Shown piece after piece: positions 37,440-45,387 of a stretch of 52,354 bases of DNA. The notes under the pieces were generated by a model. It saw only the letters and a program-made list of their open reading frames with translations. It was not told where the DNA came from and did no database searches. The stretch's first letter is position 1. The number at the start of each line of letters is the position of its first letter. Both the position numbers and the translations under genes were made by a program. This DNA comes from a virus. Lineage: Duplodnaviria; Caudoviricetes. The DNA lies in IMG/VR virus record IMGVR_UViG_3300032322_001410, positions 1 to 52,354 of that record; one strand, written 5' to 3'.

Positions 37440-38779
37440 TATAATCCTTCAAAAAGTACGAAAGGTTCTTCTTCCTCAATAGGAGTAAAAAGCGAATCTT
37501 TGCTTAAATATGTATTGGTATCCGTATATGTACAAGTATATTTGTGTTTATTTGCTAACACACTTTTTGTATCATCTATACAAATAACTTTTCTATTTAA
37601 ATTTGTTATATAGTCACTGTATTTTACTGTCTCACTTTGTAAAATTTTTGCCGTATTAGATTGGCTCTGTTTAGGTCTGAACCATTCAAAACATAAATTC
37701 CATTTATCAAAGACTTTTGATTCTTGTAAGTTGTTATAATGTAGAGAGCCTTTATTATACCATTCAGTCGCAGTAACAAACATATTGTATGCACCTAATA
37801 CATCTTGTGACATATCTTTTTTGTTTGTCTTAAAAAAGAACTGCCCTTCAAAATTATCTGTCCAGCGTTGGTTTTCTAAGCAGAAAGTCGGTAATTGAAT
37901 GAGTTGTTCATAAAAAGCCATACCATAACTTTCTACTGTGCTTGGATTAAATGCAACACGACAACTGGTGATGAAATCTACTTTCTCTTGTCCAATAATA
38001 CTAATTTTAATTTGATAGTCAACACCCAACTCTTTTAATCGTGCTTCAAATTTTTTAGCACCATTCGCATTGGTCATTACACGTGCCGGAAGTTTAGTTT
38101 CTTCAATGAGTTTTAAATATAGTTCTGGGTTCTTACCTTCTTCCCAACGACCAATAAACAACACACCTTCACGATCTTTATGATATTCATTTAGTAAAGC
38201 AGGTTCAGTAATGGGAATAGGCAAATGCCATGCATTCTCATCAAACTTATTACAATTAAACTCGCTTTGTGTGCCGATAGTGATGCCACCCATCTTTAAT
38301 TGCAGTCGCATCATTTCATTAACACTATTAAGAAATGGATTGTGTAATGTATTGGGGAATATTTGACTTTCTAAGTGAGTATATGCAATAACCTGTATTA
38401 CATCTTCAAGGCCCATCGTGCTTGCAACTTGTACAGTCTCATAGGTATTACAAATTAATGCATCATACAAATTATCTTCTAATGCCCTAATAATCGAATT
38501 ACGAAAGTTTGCCATTCGTTCATAGCAATAGCTATCGCCATACATAAAAATAGCACTGTGGTTTGTGTAAACATACGATTCTTCGGGATAGATAATATTG
38601 GTGTTTAGTGATTTTACAAATTCATTGTCTTGCGGTTTTTTGTCAGTAATAATATCAACTTTAACACCGTTTTCTTCCATTAGTCTAATAAAGCTTTTTG
38701 TGAACTGCCCGATACCACCATGTGGCACTAATGTTTGATAACTTACTAAAAATCCAATTCGTTTTTTATATATTTTCAT
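37439..38779 (-). CDS. GT-B glycosyltransferase (GT4-like)
   Basis: PHGGIG, FIGRWEEGKN, PSTVESYGMAFYE. Confidence 0.85.
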   Translation of the reverse strand: MKIYKKRIGFLVSYQTLVPHGGIGQFTKSFIRLMEENGVKVDIITDKKPQDNEFVKSLNTNIIYPEESYVYTNHSAIFMYGDSYCYERMANFRNSIIRALEDNLYDALICNTYETVQVASTMGLEDVIQVIAYTHLESQIFPNTLHNPFLNSVNEMMRLQLKMGGITIGTQSEFNCNKFDENAWHLPIPITEPALLNEYHKDREGVLFIGRWEEGKNPELYLKLIEETKLPARVMTNANGAKKFEARLKELGVDYQIKISIIGQEKVDFITSCRVAFNPSTVESYGMAFYEQLIQLPTFCLENQRWTDNFEGQFFFKTNKKDMSQDVLGAYNMFVTATEWYNKGSLHYNNLQESKVFDKWNLCFEWFRPKQSQSNTAKILQSETVKYSDYITNLNRKVICIDDTKSVLANKHKYTCTYTDTNTYLSKDSLFTPIEEEEPFVLFEGL

Positions 38780-39033
38780 TGCTTCATTAATTCAAAAATA
38801 TGTGATTCGGTTGTGCGCCAAATAATAAAAACAGGATCCATATAATCACCCACTCTCGAAATGCCCCGGTAAGCATATTTTAACCAAATGCGTTTATCCG
38901 TCAATTGACACTTATGTGGTAACCATGCAAAAGTCCATTCCCAATGTGCGTTATTAATTAGGTATTTGTCAAACTCTGCCATTTTAATACCTTTAGGAGG
39001 AAGATAACTCATGCCCCACATTATGTTCCCCAT
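38776..39033 (-). CDS. hypothetical protein
   Basis: W...FAWLP.KC......IWL..AY motif. Confidence 0.6.
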   Translation of the reverse strand: MGNIMWGMSYLPPKGIKMAEFDKYLINNAHWEWTFAWLPHKCQLTDKRIWLKYAYRGISRVGDYMDPVFIIWRTTESHIFELMKQ

Positions 39034-39869
39034 TCGTTTTTAAAAAGTGGTACTTGTAATCTATCACTATAACGCAAACCATGTTTCATTGCAAGTTCTG
39101 CGACAGTTCTGTTGTTTAATGCATACACATTTTCAACACCACCAACGGGCATTAAGTATACATGACCACCAAACCCTTCTTTCTTATATAGTTCAATCAC
39201 TTCCAATGCTTCATCAACATCTTCTTTTGTTGCAACTACAAATTTTAGATATGTATGACCCAAATCTTCATACTCTCTAACAATATCTGGGCGAATAGCT
39301 TCTTCTCTAAGTTCACCACTAACACTTAGTTTTGGGCTGACACTGAATGTTAGATTATGATAACCCTTTTTTTGTGTCCATTTATACAAAAATAACTTAA
39401 AGTCTGGTTGAAGTTTTTGTGTTCCATTAGTTTCAAATGTAATGTCATTACATTTTTTCATTCTAGGGTTATCTAACAATTCAGGATACGCTCGTTGCCA
39501 GCCTAATAATGGTTCGCCTCCAGTAATAACTAAATGCTCATTGCGCCATTCTTTAAATGGTAATGAACCGATGATGGCTTCAACTATTACATCAATATCA
39601 TACATTGCACTAAGGTCTTTGAATGCAGGATGCCAACTTGCATAACTATCGCATCCTGTAGTTACAAGCGGTAATTCATGATAGAATTTGAATTCACTAA
39701 CTCGTTTTGCTATGTCATCAGCTTCAGTGCTACAGTTACCTTTAGGCATACCGAAGCCACTACACGTGAAATTGCAACCATAAGTACGAAGGAAGATACT
39801 AGACACCCCCATGAATCTTCCCTCACCTTGTATACTATAAAATAATTCTGCTACTTTAATTTTACTCAT
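39021..39869 (-). CDS. queE: 7-carboxy-7-deazaguanine synthase (radical SAM)
   Basis: E.FYSIQGEG..G..SIFLR..GCN..C, CDS, ITGGEPL, ETNGT, VSPK, LMP, RLQ. Confidence 0.9.
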   Translation of the reverse strand: MSKIKVAELFYSIQGEGRFMGVSSIFLRTYGCNFTCSGFGMPKGNCSTEADDIAKRVSEFKFYHELPLVTTGCDSYASWHPAFKDLSAMYDIDVIVEAIIGSLPFKEWRNEHLVITGGEPLLGWQRAYPELLDNPRMKKCNDITFETNGTQKLQPDFKLFLYKWTQKKGYHNLTFSVSPKLSVSGELREEAIRPDIVREYEDLGHTYLKFVVATKEDVDEALEVIELYKKEGFGGHVYLMPVGGVENVYALNNRTVAELAMKHGLRYSDRLQVPLFKNEWGT

Positions 39870-40140
39870 AGATTTTTGACCAAATTTTAAGTTTGTCTTT
39901 TTTGTTTTGTTTGTACGTATCAAGTCTAGATTGTTCCAATATACCTTGCTCTAGTAAAATATCAACTAATGCTAATACATCTCCGATTTCCATTTCTAGC
40001 ATTGCTCTATGAGTATGTTGCATATCTGATTTATAATGTGCCGTTTCTAAACCAAATCTACGAATCTTACTCACTTCGACAATTATTTCTGCGCATTCTT
40101 CTTGCAGTATGCCCAATGCTTCTTCTGTTTTTGAATTCAT
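39862..40140 (-). CDS. MazG-like nucleotide pyrophosphohydrolase
   Basis: QEECAE...SK..RFG...LE.EIGDV. Confidence 0.8.
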   Translation of the reverse strand: MNSKTEEALGILQEECAEIIVEVSKIRRFGLETAHYKSDMQHTHRAMLEMEIGDVLALVDILLEQGILEQSRLDTYKQNKKDKLKIWSKIYE

Positions 40141-40347
40141 TTATTCACTCTCAAAATTAAAATGTTGAAGAATAATTTTGTCAAAACTACTCCAACAACC
40201 TGGTGCAGGATGACCTACAATTTTTGCACATTCATTTACAATTAATTTTGCAAATTCTATATTATATTGTTTAATCCAATTATCAACATCTAACCCTGCA
40301 GGAACTTTATTCTTTGCTTGATTTGAAAATTCTTGAATAAGATTCAT
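40141..40347 (-). CDS. hypothetical protein
   Basis: EFAKLIV.ECA motif; operon packing. Confidence 0.65.
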   Translation of the reverse strand: MNLIQEFSNQAKNKVPAGLDVDNWIKQYNIEFAKLIVNECAKIVGHPAPGCWSSFDKIILQHFNFESE

Positions 40348-40355
40348 ATAATGTT

Positions 40356-40601
40356 TTAATTTTCCAGTAAAGTTTTATTTTGAATATCCCAAAAAACTTC
40401 AATAGCTGTTTTGGCATGTTCTATTGAAATATATTGACCTAAATGTTTTTCGTCATTTAGAGTAAATGTATATTGTCCAGTATATACAATGCCAAAGAAT
40501 ACTTCTTGTAAGGCAATTTTACTAGCCATGCCTACAATTTTTCCTGTAACAGCATCATAATAATAGTATCTATCAGATACACTTTTCCAATCATATTTCA
40601 T
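40356..40601 (-). CDS. hypothetical protein
   Basis: ATGA overlap with the queD stop. Confidence 0.65.
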   Translation of the reverse strand: MKYDWKSVSDRYYYYDAVTGKIVGMASKIALQEVFFGIVYTGQYTFTLNDEKHLGQYISIEHAKTAIEVFWDIQNKTLLEN

Positions 40602-41113
40602 GTAAATAAGTCCTCATTCCATTCTCTGTGACCTTCTCTGAAAGCCATATTGCTTTGTGTTTCACGTACCTCTACACGATAGCACCAAAGTCTTTCTGCT
40701 TCGCCTGGCCCCCACATATCAGGAATATACACTCCATTGACATATTTGTAAAGCATATCGGCAAGACCCTCACAACCTAATCGTGGTAAAATGGTTAGTT
40801 TAGCCATTTTCTTTTCTTGCAATAATTTAAATGTTTCTAGTTCTGGGTCATCTTGTGCTACCAATAATGTATGATCAAATTGATCTTCTAGTATCTTCTT
40901 TAATTCTTTTAGACCACCATAATCAGCAGCCCAATTACGAACATCTAGATTATCAGTACCAAAATAAAACTTCATTGAAAACGAATATCCATGAATTAAG
41001 TTACAGTGACTATCGGCACGCCACTGACGATACGCACATGGAAAACTATCATGATATTCTTTGGTACTAGTATATTTGTAAACTCTAGGTGGGTAAATCT
41101 CTTTTAAGTACAT
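40598..41113 (-). CDS. queD: 6-carboxytetrahydropterin synthase (QueD/PTPS family)
   Basis: HCNLIHGY, W..DYG.LK, FDH, GCE..A, V.V.ET; AAGGAG SD before ATG 41113. Confidence 0.85.
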   Translation of the reverse strand: MYLKEIYPPRVYKYTSTKEYHDSFPCAYRQWRADSHCNLIHGYSFSMKFYFGTDNLDVRNWAADYGGLKELKKILEDQFDHTLLVAQDDPELETFKLLQEKKMAKLTILPRLGCEGLADMLYKYVNGVYIPDMWGPGEAERLWCYRVEVRETQSNMAFREGHREWNEDLFT

Positions 41114-41180
41114 TTTTGTCTCCTTTATTAGCAAGACATGCAGAATTTAATATAGCGGGATGAATGTCACAGGCCGCTTG
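41114..41180 (-). ncRNA. candidate preQ1-I-like riboswitch / cis-regulatory RNA in the queD leader
   Basis: P1 AGCGG/CCGCU, 15-nt loop ending CAUC, AU-rich tail, loop GACAU complementary to downstream AUGUC, SD-sequestering hairpin. Confidence 0.5.
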
Positions 41181-41376
41181 TGCTTACTCTTTTGTTCCAA
41201 TTATTTATTGCATCGTCACCTGAAGAACCTAAAATAGATGCACTGCATCCCCCAGTTTCTTCAGCACAGTTTACTGACCATATAGTTTTTTGTTTATCGA
41301 TTGGATAAACTGTTTCATGCCATAAATCTTGTTGATTTAAATCATGTCCACAAAAAGGACAAGGTTTTAATTTCAT
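41167..41376 (-). CDS. Lar-like (restriction alleviation family) zinc ribbon protein
   Basis: LKPCPFCG...V.C.....C......AI..WN.R. Confidence 0.75.
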   Translation of the reverse strand: MKLKPCPFCGHDLNQQDLWHETVYPIDKQKTIWSVNCAEETGGCSASILGSSGDDAINNWNKRVSTSGL

Positions 41377-41846
41377 TGATTCAATACATTAATTATTTGG
41401 GCATCAGCTACACGTTTGCGTAAACTGCTAGAACTAAAGCTGTGGTCACGACCATTAAATATTATAGCAATGTTGCGACTCCAACAAGCTTCGTCACCAG
41501 TGAATCTTTTATCTTCATACTCAACACCTAGTATACGCACATCTAATGGCAAAATCAATAGTAAATCAATCAAATCTTGTTCAGTTTGATATACAACAAC
41601 TTCATCAACATATCGACATGCCGCTAGTTGTATTTGCCTTTCTACAATACTTTGAACAGGTTTATTTTTGGTATCTGGTCTATCAATTGTTGGGTCAGTT
41701 TGTAATCCCGCAATTAAATAATCACAATGATTTTTAGCTTCAGCAAGCATAGCAACATGTCCCGCATGAAATAAATCAAAGGTACTAAACGTGATACCTA
41801 TTTTTAATCCTTTAGCCTTTAGGTCTTTAACTTTATTGAATATCAT
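41373..41846 (-). CDS. cytidylyltransferase (TagD-like HxGH nucleotidyltransferase)
   Basis: TFDLFHAGH, YVDEV, G.EY, R...FSSS.LR. Confidence 0.88.
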   Translation of the reverse strand: MIFNKVKDLKAKGLKIGITFSTFDLFHAGHVAMLAEAKNHCDYLIAGLQTDPTIDRPDTKNKPVQSIVERQIQLAACRYVDEVVVYQTEQDLIDLLLILPLDVRILGVEYEDKRFTGDEACWSRNIAIIFNGRDHSFSSSSLRKRVADAQIINVLNQ

Positions 41847-41991
41847 TTTTATCTTTTTTATCTTTTTTAAGTGGGCAATCACATTCATATCTACCTTGAT
41901 TGCAATTACCAGTACATCCAGGTATATTCATTGTAACGTATATTCCTAAGTATACAATAACTAAGCCAAGAATTATTAATACTATAGTCAT
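41833..41991 (-). CDS. 52-aa membrane-anchored Cys-rich peptide (below cutoff)
   Basis: ATG overlaps folE stop; MTIVLIILGLVIVYLGIYVTMNIPGCTGNCNQGRYECDCP... Confidence 0.6.
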   Translation of the reverse strand: MTIVLIILGLVIVYLGIYVTMNIPGCTGNCNQGRYECDCPLKKDKKDKNDIQ

Positions 41992-42665
41992 TTCCCCATC
42001 CTTGCAATACTTAGAAATTCATTTCTTGCTGCTGGGTCTGTTTTAAATCCACCACCTAGTCGAACTGTCACAGTAGAACTACCTGTATCCTCTACACCAC
42101 GACTCTTAACACAATAATGTTGTGCGTCAATCATAACCGCAACATCTTCTGTTTCGAGAATGTAACATAGTGTGTGAAAAATTTGTTCAGTTAATCGTTC
42201 TTGTATCTGTGGGCGTTTGCTGAAATATTCAACAATACGATTAATCTTACTAAGACCTAATACCTTTTGCTTAGGTACATATGCAACTGTGGCAAGTCCG
42301 TCAATGATAACAAAGTGATGTTCGCAATTACTTTGTACACTTACATTGCGGTCGCACACCATTTCATTGTAATGCATTTTGTTATCAACTGTTGTACATT
42401 TAGGGAATGCCTCATAATCAAGTCCCCAAAAGATTTCATTGACATACATTTTTGCTACACGTTTTGGTGTTTCTGCTAGACTATCATCATCTAAATCAAG
42501 TCCTAGAACTTGCATGATATATTTGAAATGTTTTTCAATCTCATTGATCTTGTCTTTTCTATCCATGTTAATATTGGTAGTAGGAGTTTCAACTCCCATT
42601 TTGACAAGATATTCATGAACCTTTTTACCTAGTTCAGGGTCTGTTTTTGTTTTATTGTAACTCAT
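41988..42665 (-). CDS. folE: GTP cyclohydrolase I
   Basis: TPKRVAK, CEHH, GLSKINR, RPQIQERLT, H.C...RGV. Confidence 0.96.
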   Translation of the reverse strand: MSYNKTKTDPELGKKVHEYLVKMGVETPTTNINMDRKDKINEIEKHFKYIMQVLGLDLDDDSLAETPKRVAKMYVNEIFWGLDYEAFPKCTTVDNKMHYNEMVCDRNVSVQSNCEHHFVIIDGLATVAYVPKQKVLGLSKINRIVEYFSKRPQIQERLTEQIFHTLCYILETEDVAVMIDAQHYCVKSRGVEDTGSSTVTVRLGGGFKTDPAARNEFLSIARMGK

Positions 42666-42667
42666 CT

Positions 42668-42732
42668 TGATAACCCTCCGTTGTGATGGTTTGTTTTTGA
42701 AGTTTGCAACCGTTGTGTTGCATAATTATTTA
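42668..42732 (-). promoter_or_regulatory. TAAATA plus tandem CACAACGG hairpins in the folE leader
   Basis: UGCAAC-ACAACG-GUUGCA hairpin, then AACC-AUCACAACGGAG-GGUU overlapping the SD. Confidence 0.55.
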
Positions 42733-42932
42733 TCTTTAGTTGTAGTCTCTGCATTTTTCTTACTGGGGAGTGGCTGGTAATCAACAAACATTCCGGTCCA
42801 CTTCCAATTAACGGGCTTCCAATATTTTGCAAACATGTTGTTAATAAAAATTACAACGATGGTCACTACGCAGAAACCCAATCCAATAAGTATTGTTTCT
42901 ACTAAAAAACTTGCTGCACTATTAATTTCCAT
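42726..42932 (-). CDS. small membrane protein
   Basis: TM segment followed by INN.F.KYWKP. Confidence 0.65.
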   Translation of the reverse strand: MEINSAASFLVETILIGLGFCVVTIVVIFINNMFAKYWKPVNWKWTGMFVDYQPLPSKKNAETTTKDK

Positions 42933-42933
42933 T

Positions 42934-44133
42934 TTAGTATTTGCCTTCTTTTGTGTGTTTTCTATAATCCGTACTCATACGTAAATACTGTTCACCTTGC
43001 CCAGTAATCACATCACAAATACGATCAATTGTTTTATCATTATAATCACTTATTTTACCCATATTGATATGTGGGTGCTTTAGTAATTTAAACAACTTAT
43101 TTAATGCATCATGAATTGACCAAGGAATGTAAAGCCTATCGCTGTCATTAGCAAAAGTTTCAGGAAAGCTGCGATAAGCAGGATAAAGCACATTGCAGCC
43201 CAAAGTGTCTGCCTCTGATACAGTATTACTGACCCAGTCTTGTAAAGCACAGTTAAACAATACCCTAGTATCATTAAGTAAATTATAGTAATCATTTTTT
43301 TCTAAATCTTCATATACAACTAATTTGCCTTCGTCTACTAGACGCTTTGTTCTTTCCATATAACTACTATTGTTTGATTTTAATTTGCTACCACTGAATA
43401 GAGCAAATTCAATTTCATCTTGTTCGTAGCCTTCCCAATATGCCATCTTACTAAGACGATGAAATTCTTCAATCAAGTCCATATAGAAGTCAGGTTGTTT
43501 TTCTTGATCCCAACGTGCTGCGAAACCTACACGTAGTTTACGTTGATGAAAAGGTTTTAATTCTTTTACTCTACTACGAACCTCATCTTTACCAAATGCT
43601 AAACCAGAAATATTATAGATAGGAGCAGTCCATCCAGCAATACGCATATGAGCAACCATTTCCTCGTTTGAGGCGAGAACTCCGGTAACAAACTCATTGA
43701 CCATGCTTTCGTAATATCCCATCCACTTCGCCATGCCCCATACATGAACAAAGTCATCAGGATCAATGGACTGAGCAAGACACCTAACAAAAACACGGGG
43801 ACGCTTATCAGCAGGGACTTGGTTAAATATGTAAGGTAAGCTTTCGATACCGGGTTGAAACATGTCCTCAAAGTAGATAACATCCTCATTACTAATTTCT
43901 CCGTTTTTATGACAACGTACAAGATTCATCATTTGGCTCATACCAAAGTAACTACGACCATGTGCATCTAGTACTTGTCCTGTAACTATATCTTGGCTAG
44001 TCGTAAGTGTTTCACCATGCATTAAACAATAAGTAAAATTTCTTTTATCGAATACACGTTCATTCCATTCTGTTAATTGTAATGTATACCGTGCCTTGTA
44101 TGGTTCAAGGCCCATATAATACAGTTTACGCAT
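42934..44133 (-). CDS. GT-B glycosyltransferase
   Basis: FAARWDQEKQP, LFNCALQDWVSNTVSEA..LGC....P....FPE. Confidence 0.8.
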   Translation of the reverse strand: MRKLYYMGLEPYKARYTLQLTEWNERVFDKRNFTYCLMHGETLTTSQDIVTGQVLDAHGRSYFGMSQMMNLVRCHKNGEISNEDVIYFEDMFQPGIESLPYIFNQVPADKRPRVFVRCLAQSIDPDDFVHVWGMAKWMGYYESMVNEFVTGVLASNEEMVAHMRIAGWTAPIYNISGLAFGKDEVRSRVKELKPFHQRKLRVGFAARWDQEKQPDFYMDLIEEFHRLSKMAYWEGYEQDEIEFALFSGSKLKSNNSSYMERTKRLVDEGKLVVYEDLEKNDYYNLLNDTRVLFNCALQDWVSNTVSEADTLGCNVLYPAYRSFPETFANDSDRLYIPWSIHDALNKLFKLLKHPHINMGKISDYNDKTIDRICDVITGQGEQYLRMSTDYRKHTKEGKY

Positions 44134-44515
44134 CCTCTTCCCTTTTTGTAATTTCCAAATCACAATCAATGATCATTTCACAATCACTAAAAAGCCAACC
44201 ATGTTCTTCAAGGTCTAACCAACTATTACCTTCCTCAAAGAATTCTTCTAGCCAAGCTTGAGCTTCCTCGTCTACTTCATCATACTCACGTTCTTCCCAA
44301 CAACCATCGTCGGTTTCCACTAATTCAGTTTCATAACCGCAGTTATAAATATCTACACCTGCTTCAATATCAGGAGGATTATCGTCCTCAGTGTATACAA
44401 TAAATTCTCCCCAACGCCAACCAGTTTCAACAATAAGAGTATTATCGTCTTTTGTAATATGTTGACGTTCGATAATAGATTTTTTCCAAGTGGGTTTAAC
44501 TGTCCAAGTCGCCAT
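44126..44515 (-). CDS. acidic hypothetical protein
   Basis: ETGWRWG motif; operon packing. Confidence 0.75.
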   Translation of the reverse strand: MATWTVKPTWKKSIIERQHITKDDNTLIVETGWRWGEFIVYTEDDNPPDIEAGVDIYNCGYETELVETDDGCWEEREYDEVDEEAQAWLEEFFEEGNSWLDLEEHGWLFSDCEMIIDCDLEITKREEDA

Positions 44516-44517
44516 AA

Positions 44518-44724
44518 TTATGCCTTTGAATCTTCTATCCAGTTGTCTTTAGGGTGTTTTCCTGCTAGCTGTTTTGTATGTTGTCTATATGCAAATTGTC
44601 GCATATCATACAAGTGTGCTTCATCAAACTTGTATCCATAGTCTACACAAAAATCCTTATATTTTTCCAGATCGTCGAAAATTTGACGTACTTTAGGGTT
44701 AGGTTGAAAATTGTATTTCTTCAT
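44518..44724 (-). CDS. hypothetical protein
   Basis: AAGGA SD before MKKYNF; IFDDL..Y..FC..YGY.FDE..LY. Confidence 0.7.
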   Translation of the reverse strand: MKKYNFQPNPKVRQIFDDLEKYKDFCVDYGYKFDEAHLYDMRQFAYRQHTKQLAGKHPKDNWIEDSKA

Positions 44725-44734
44725 TTTATTTCCT

Positions 44735-45169
44735 TTAAATTTCAAGTTGTTGATAAGGTTTAGTTAAATTATAATGAATTTCGCATCCGTTTTCATCATC
44801 TTCGGACACATTGATTATTACATTTCGGTTTGGATACCGATCTGCAATTCTTAAGTACAAGTCATCGGCAATCATCTCGCATGATTTGTAGTCCAATGAC
44901 AGACAATTTTGTTCCCCTGAATACAATGCTTCCAAGTATCGCTTGAACTGGATGAACTCGATATCACGGTCATTGTGGTATACGTCGATTGACACCCTGA
45001 AGTGAAAAATATGGCGATGGGGATAACCAAGAAAGCTAACATCACTGAGTTTAGGTTCTTCCAATGCTGCAGGATATTTGTGTATACCTTCTTTCTGAAA
45101 AGTAACCCATATCTGTCTTTTTGCCTCATGTTTAATTCTTTCAATTTTTTCTCGTTCACTTTGGATCAT
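44735..45169 (-). CDS. second QueD/PTPS-like T-fold protein
   Basis: F..EG.H, HRH.FHF.V.I, D.EF..FK, SCE.IA, V.V.ED.ENG layout matches the PTPS fold. Confidence 0.6.
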   Translation of the reverse strand: MIQSEREKIERIKHEAKRQIWVTFQKEGIHKYPAALEEPKLSDVSFLGYPHRHIFHFRVSIDVYHNDRDIEFIQFKRYLEALYSGEQNCLSLDYKSCEMIADDLYLRIADRYPNRNVIINVSEDDENGCEIHYNLTKPYQQLEI

Positions 45170-45375
45170 CTATCATCCCCGTAATCTAAATGTTCATGTT
45201 CGTATTCCCATTGCAACTTGTTTAGCCTACTTATTTCATCTTTATATTTCAGTTTTTGTTTTTTCATTTCTGAAATTTTATCCTTGTCATAGGTTGGATT
45301 TTTTTCAGCATCAGCAATTTGCTTATCTAACAAACGGTGTGTTTCGGTTAATGTTGCAATTCTATTTTTGTACAT
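45166..45375 (-). CDS. DUF465/YdcH-like small coiled-coil protein
   Basis: H..LD.QI......MKKQKL..KDEI. Confidence 0.75.
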   Translation of the reverse strand: MYKNRIATLTETHRLLDKQIADAEKNPTYDKDKISEMKKQKLKYKDEISRLNKLQWEYEHEHLDYGDDR

Positions 45376-45387
45376 AAATGAACTCCT

